Shown here: piece after piece, positions 30,820 to 35,234 of the stretch | Position numbering within the stretch: position 1 is the stretch's first letter | Layout of the letters: each line of letters opens with the position of its first letter | Source of the DNA: Eledone cirrhosa | Taxonomy: Eukaryota | Assembly: GCA_964016885.1 (NCBI GenBank) | Contig: CAXHJY010000012.1 | Span: 1-35,234 of the forward strand | DNA: 35,234 bases | Direction: 5' to 3' | The notes under the pieces: generated by a model | Database searches by the model: none | Seen by the model: only the letters and a program-made list of their open reading frames with translations | What the model was told of the DNA's origin: nothing | Position numbers and translations under genes: made by a program

Positions 30820-31295
30820 GATTGGCAGTATCGGTAGAGTGTCGGACGACATGCTTTGCTGCATAGAGTTACGTCCCTTTACGGTCTGAGTTAACTTTGC
30901 CTTTCATCGCTACGGGGGTCGATAAAATAAAGTACCAGTAATACATTGGGGTCGATTTTGATCAACTTTCCCCTCCCCCAAAATTGTTGGCCTTGTGCCT
31001 ATAGAAGAAACCATTATTATTATTTTGATTACGGGGTCGATAAAATAAAGTACCAGTAATACACTGGGATAATTGCTGGCCTTGTGCCTAACGTAGAAAC
31101 AATTATTATTATTATGGTTGGCAGTATCGGTAGAGGGTCGGACGCCATGCTTTCCAGCATAGAGTTACGTCCCTTTACGATCTGAGTTGAAATCCCGCCG
31201 AGGTTGACTTTGCCTTTCATCCTTACGGGGTCGGTAAAATAAAGTACCAGTAATGCACTGGGTAATTGCTGGCCTTGTGCCTAAAGTAGAAACAA
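30820..31295 (+). mobile_element. Cluster of three head-to-tail Nin/Deu-like SINE copies (about 30820-31015, 31030-31100, 31115-31295) with (ATT)n tails
   Basis: Repeated GGGGTCG(A/G)TAAAATAAAGTACCAGTAAT and GGCCTTGTGCCTA. Confidence 0.85.
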
Positions 31296-31684
31296 TTATT
31301 ACTAAAGTTTTTATTTCACATTTTCGGTTTCTAAACAATTTTCTAATCCTAATTCTTTGTTGCTGTTTAAAATTCGGCCATTTTCTTTTTATTTGCATTT
31401 GTATTTTTTTTTCGTATGTTAAGTTTCTTAGTGTTTCTTCTTGAGTGTAGTCGACGCTGACAGTTTGCATAACAACAACAACAATAATAACAACAATAAT
31501 AATAATACCAACAACAACAACAAGGTATTTCAAGACAAACAAACAAACAAAAAAGCAACAACTTTATATCCCTTATCTTTTAAACAAATACAATTTTTCG
31601 TTCTTTACTTTCCTTCTTTAGTTACCATTCTCTTTCTTTCTTTCTTTCTCTAACCCCCTCCTATCTCTCTTTATACATACATAT

Positions 31685-31837
31685 TATGTATATATATGTA
31701 TATATGTATATATATATATATGTGTGTGTATATGTATATGTACATATATATATTTATATGTATATATATATATATATGTGTATGTGTATGTATATATATA
31801 TATGTTTACATACACATATATGCATATACATATATGC

Positions 31838-31878
<41 letters not shown>

Positions 31879-32222
31879 CACATATATATATATACATACA
31901 CATATATACATACACATATATATATATACATACACATATATACATACACATATATATATATACATACACATATATATATCTTCTCTTATTATGTCCTTTT
32001 CTGTATCTCGCTTCTTCAATTTCTCTCTCTCCCTCTCTCTCTCCTCTTAGTATGTCTTTCTCTGTCTATCCCTCACTCTTTCCCATCCCTCACTCTCACT
32101 TCCTCTCTCTCTTCTATCAGTATGTCTCTCTCTCACTGTCCCTCTTTTTAATTTAAAACTGTTGCATTCATTAGAATTACTCGACTAAATTTGCAATTAA
32201 ACTCACCAAAGACAGTTGTTTG

Positions 32223-32253
<31 letters not shown>

Positions 32254-32540
32254 CTGTGTGTGTGTGTATGTATGTATGTGTGTGAGTATGTATATATGCA
32301 CATATACATACATGTATATATGTACATATACGTTTAGATTTGTATACATCATGCATTTGTTTACATATACATGTTTATATAATTGCATATATATATATAT
32401 ATATATATACATACACACACATATATATATTCATATATATATATATATACACACACACATATATTCATATATATACACACACACGCACATATATATATGG
32501 GCAGATAAATATACACACACACATACACACACACACACAT
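31685..32540. repeat. (AT)n/(CA)n/(CT)n microsatellite mosaic
   Basis: Seen directly. Confidence 0.93.
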
Positions 32541-33221
32541 CTTATAAAATCAACCGAGCGTAAAAAAGGTTTTTCTATTTCGTCTTTAGAAAACCAATGA
32601 ACGGAGATAACAAAAACAAAACCAGTGCTGCCCCCACCCCACCCCTCCCTTTACCACCTCTAAAAATAAACAACAACAATATCCCCCCCCAAATCATCAA
32701 CAACAACAACAACACAAATAACAACAACACTCCCTCCTAAAAATCATCAACAACAACAATAAAAACAACATTTCCCCCTCCCCCTAAAAATCAACATTAT
32801 CAACAACAGCATTCTCTCTTAAAATCCACCACCACCACCACCAACAACAACAGCAACAACATTATCAGCAGTAACAACAACAACAACAACAACAACAGCA
32901 ACAATATTGCGACGCCAAAAAAAATCAACACTCCCTCCTTAAAAAAAAAAAAAATACAAAAACGGAAACAAACCAAAAAAAAATAACCCTCAAAACATAA
33001 AACAAAGAAAGCAGCAAATAAACGCAAGATGGCGGCGGTGTAAGACTGGAGAAACGAATAATTAAAACAACACAGGTGATAATACATTGGTGATGGAGGA
33101 CACTTAAAACCTAATTGCTTTTACTTCACTGATCTTATTATACCCCCCCCCCACACACAGTCTTCCCATATATATATTTTTTAACTCCCATAATGTTTTC
33201 TCAACCCTCTCCTCTATATTG

Positions 33222-33568
33222 TTTCTCAACTTCCGCTCGTATTTTTTCCTCAACTTCCGCTCATATTTTTTCCTCAACTTCCGCTCATATTTTTTCCTCA
33301 ACTTCCCCTCATAATTTTTTCTCTACTTCCGCTCATATTTTCTTTCTACTTCCGTTCAATTTTTTTCTCAACTTCCGCTCATATTTTTTCTTCAACTTTC
33401 CCTCATAATTTCTTCTCTACTTCCGCTCATATTTTTTCTCTACTTCCGTTCAAATTTTTTCTTTACTTCCGCTCAAATTTTTTCTCTACTTCCGCTCAAA
33501 TTTTTTCTCTACTTCCGCTCAAATTTTTTCTCTACTTCCGCTTATATTTTTTCTCTACTTTCGCTCAT
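33222..33568. repeat. 23-24-bp minisatellite, about 15 units, 12 containing ACTTCCG
   Basis: Unit approximately TTTTTTCTCTACTTCCGCTCAAA. Confidence 0.93.
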
Positions 33569-33574
33569 AATAAT

Positions 33575-33700
33575 GTGGGTTCGATTCCTGGGCTGGGTTG
33601 TGTTGTGTCATTGAGCAAAAAACACTTCCTTTCACGTTGCTCTAATATACTCAGCAATAGCTGGGAGTTCAATCCTGAGAAGGACTGGTGTCCTGTCCTG
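33575..33700 (+). mobile_element. 5'-truncated tRNA-derived SINE (family of 4165-4286)
   Basis: GGGTTCGATTCC B-box, then GTGTCATTGAGCAA and TTTCACGTTGCTC. Confidence 0.7.
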
Positions 33701-33744
33701 GGGTAGTGAGGTGGTGGTACTTCTACTCTCAGCTACTACTACTA

Positions 33745-34095
33745 CAGTAGTAGCAGCAGCAATAGTAGCAGCAGTAACATCAGCAGAAGTAGTAGTAGCA
33801 GCAGTAGTAGTAGTAGCAGCAGCAATAGTAGCAGCAGTAACATCAGCAGAAGTAGTAGTAGCAGCAGTAGTAGTAGTAGCAGCAGCAGTAGCTATAGTAG
33901 TAGTAGCAGCAGCAGTGTTAGTAGCAGTAGTAGCAGTAGTAATAGCAGTAGTAGTAGTAGCAATAATAATAGTAGTAGTAGTAGTAGTAGTAGTAGCAAT
34001 AGTACTGTAGTAGTAGTAGCAGTATTAGTAGTAGCAGTAGTAGTAACAGTAGTAGTAGTAGTAATAGCAACAGCAGTAATAGCTGTAATAGCAGC

Positions 34096-34127
<32 letters not shown>

Positions 34128-34150
34128 CAGTAGCAGCAGTAGTAGTAGTA
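33745..34150. repeat. (GTA/GCA)n triplet array with an internal duplicated unit
   Basis: Seen directly. Confidence 0.93.
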
Positions 34151-34670
34151 AGTTTTATTGTTGTTATTTTTATTAATGTCACGTCTGTGTTTATGAAGTT
34201 ATGTCAGTTCCTGCTTATGTCTCCGCCATCTTGGTTTTATTTCCTTCATCTTATTCTCCCTTCTGATGACGTCTTTATAATTTCGTGTTATTCGAAAGTT
34301 ATTTAACTTCTTCTTCTCCTTCTTCTTCTTCTTCTTCTTCTTCTTCTCCTTCTTCTTCAGAGGCGTGCCTCTTACTACTCCTCAAATAGAGACAGCCGTA
34401 ATTCATATACTGTATTTATAAGCAAGTGACATTTTAGAAAGTGTAAAATACTTAAACTTGGGATAGACGCCCAACGTTTCGAACTCCCATGAGCTTAACA
34501 TGATCCGAGAAAAAAAGAGAAAGGAAAGTGCTTCTTCCAGTGAAATAATTCAATATTGTCGGAACCTTCCCCAAGAGACATTCAGGTCAATAATTCGATT
34601 TTAGTAAATTGAAACTACTGTCCTTGTTTCTCAGACCTTAAGAATTTTCTGTATCAATAATAATAATAAT

Positions 34671-34782
34671 TGTTTCTAGTTTAGGCACAAGGCCAGCAAT
34701 TACCCAGTGTATTACTGGTACTTTATTTTATCGACCCCGTAAGGATGAAAGGCAAAGTCAACCTCGGCGGGATTTGAACTCA
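34671..34782 (-). mobile_element. Partial Nin/Deu-like SINE
   Basis: Near-identical to 10100-10200. Confidence 0.85.
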
Positions 34783-34794
34783 ATAATAATAATA

Positions 34795-34888
34795 ATATAT
34801 ATATATATATGGATATATATATATATATATATATATATATGGATATATATATATATATATATGGATATATATATATATATATATATAT

Positions 34889-34972
<84 letters not shown>

Positions 34973-34996
34973 ATATATATATATATATATATATAT

Positions 34997-35030
<34 letters not shown>

Positions 35031-35054
35031 ATATATATATATATATATATATAT

Positions 35055-35124
<70 letters not shown>

Positions 35125-35176
35125 ATATATATATATATATATATGGATATATATATATATATATATATATATGGAT

Positions 35177-35214
<38 letters not shown>

Positions 35215-35234
35215 ATATATATATATATATATGG
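34795..35234. repeat. (AT)n array punctuated by GG
   Basis: Seen directly. Confidence 0.96.

Noticed and set aside
34466-34505. Hammerhead-like AGCTC-ATGG-GAGTT-CGAAACGTTG on the minus strand
   Set aside because: The CUGANGA core is absent; at best a dead relic.

Overview
Eukaryotic (metazoan) genomic DNA, most likely an octopus or other coleoid cephalopod, judged from the SINE families and the extreme microsatellite load. Well over half of the window is degenerate (AT)n, (CA)n, (GA)n and triplet micro/minisatellite, and almost all ORFs in the supplied track are artefacts of these repeats. Real signals: (1) four phase-compatible coding exons of a minus-strand gene (28597-28715, 25291-25359, 22470-22564, 19736-20149) encoding a Ser/Arg-rich protein with four RRxS(A/S)HSLG repeats; (2) decayed retroelements: a CR1-type RT fragment, an RTE-like 3' end with a C2H2 finger, three tandem Tx1/L1-like 3' ends in (GATA)n and two SINE families; (3) a MITE of about 640 bp; (4) most notably, about ten minimal type I hammerhead ribozyme motifs (CUGANGA...GAAA-palindromic hexamer-UH) from several unrelated sequence families, plus half-motifs. 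These lie in short elements joined to (TA)n tracts and repeatedly arranged as fold-back inverted duplications, consistent with Penelope-like pLTR or retrozyme-type elements. All calls were made by eye, without database searches or folding software.
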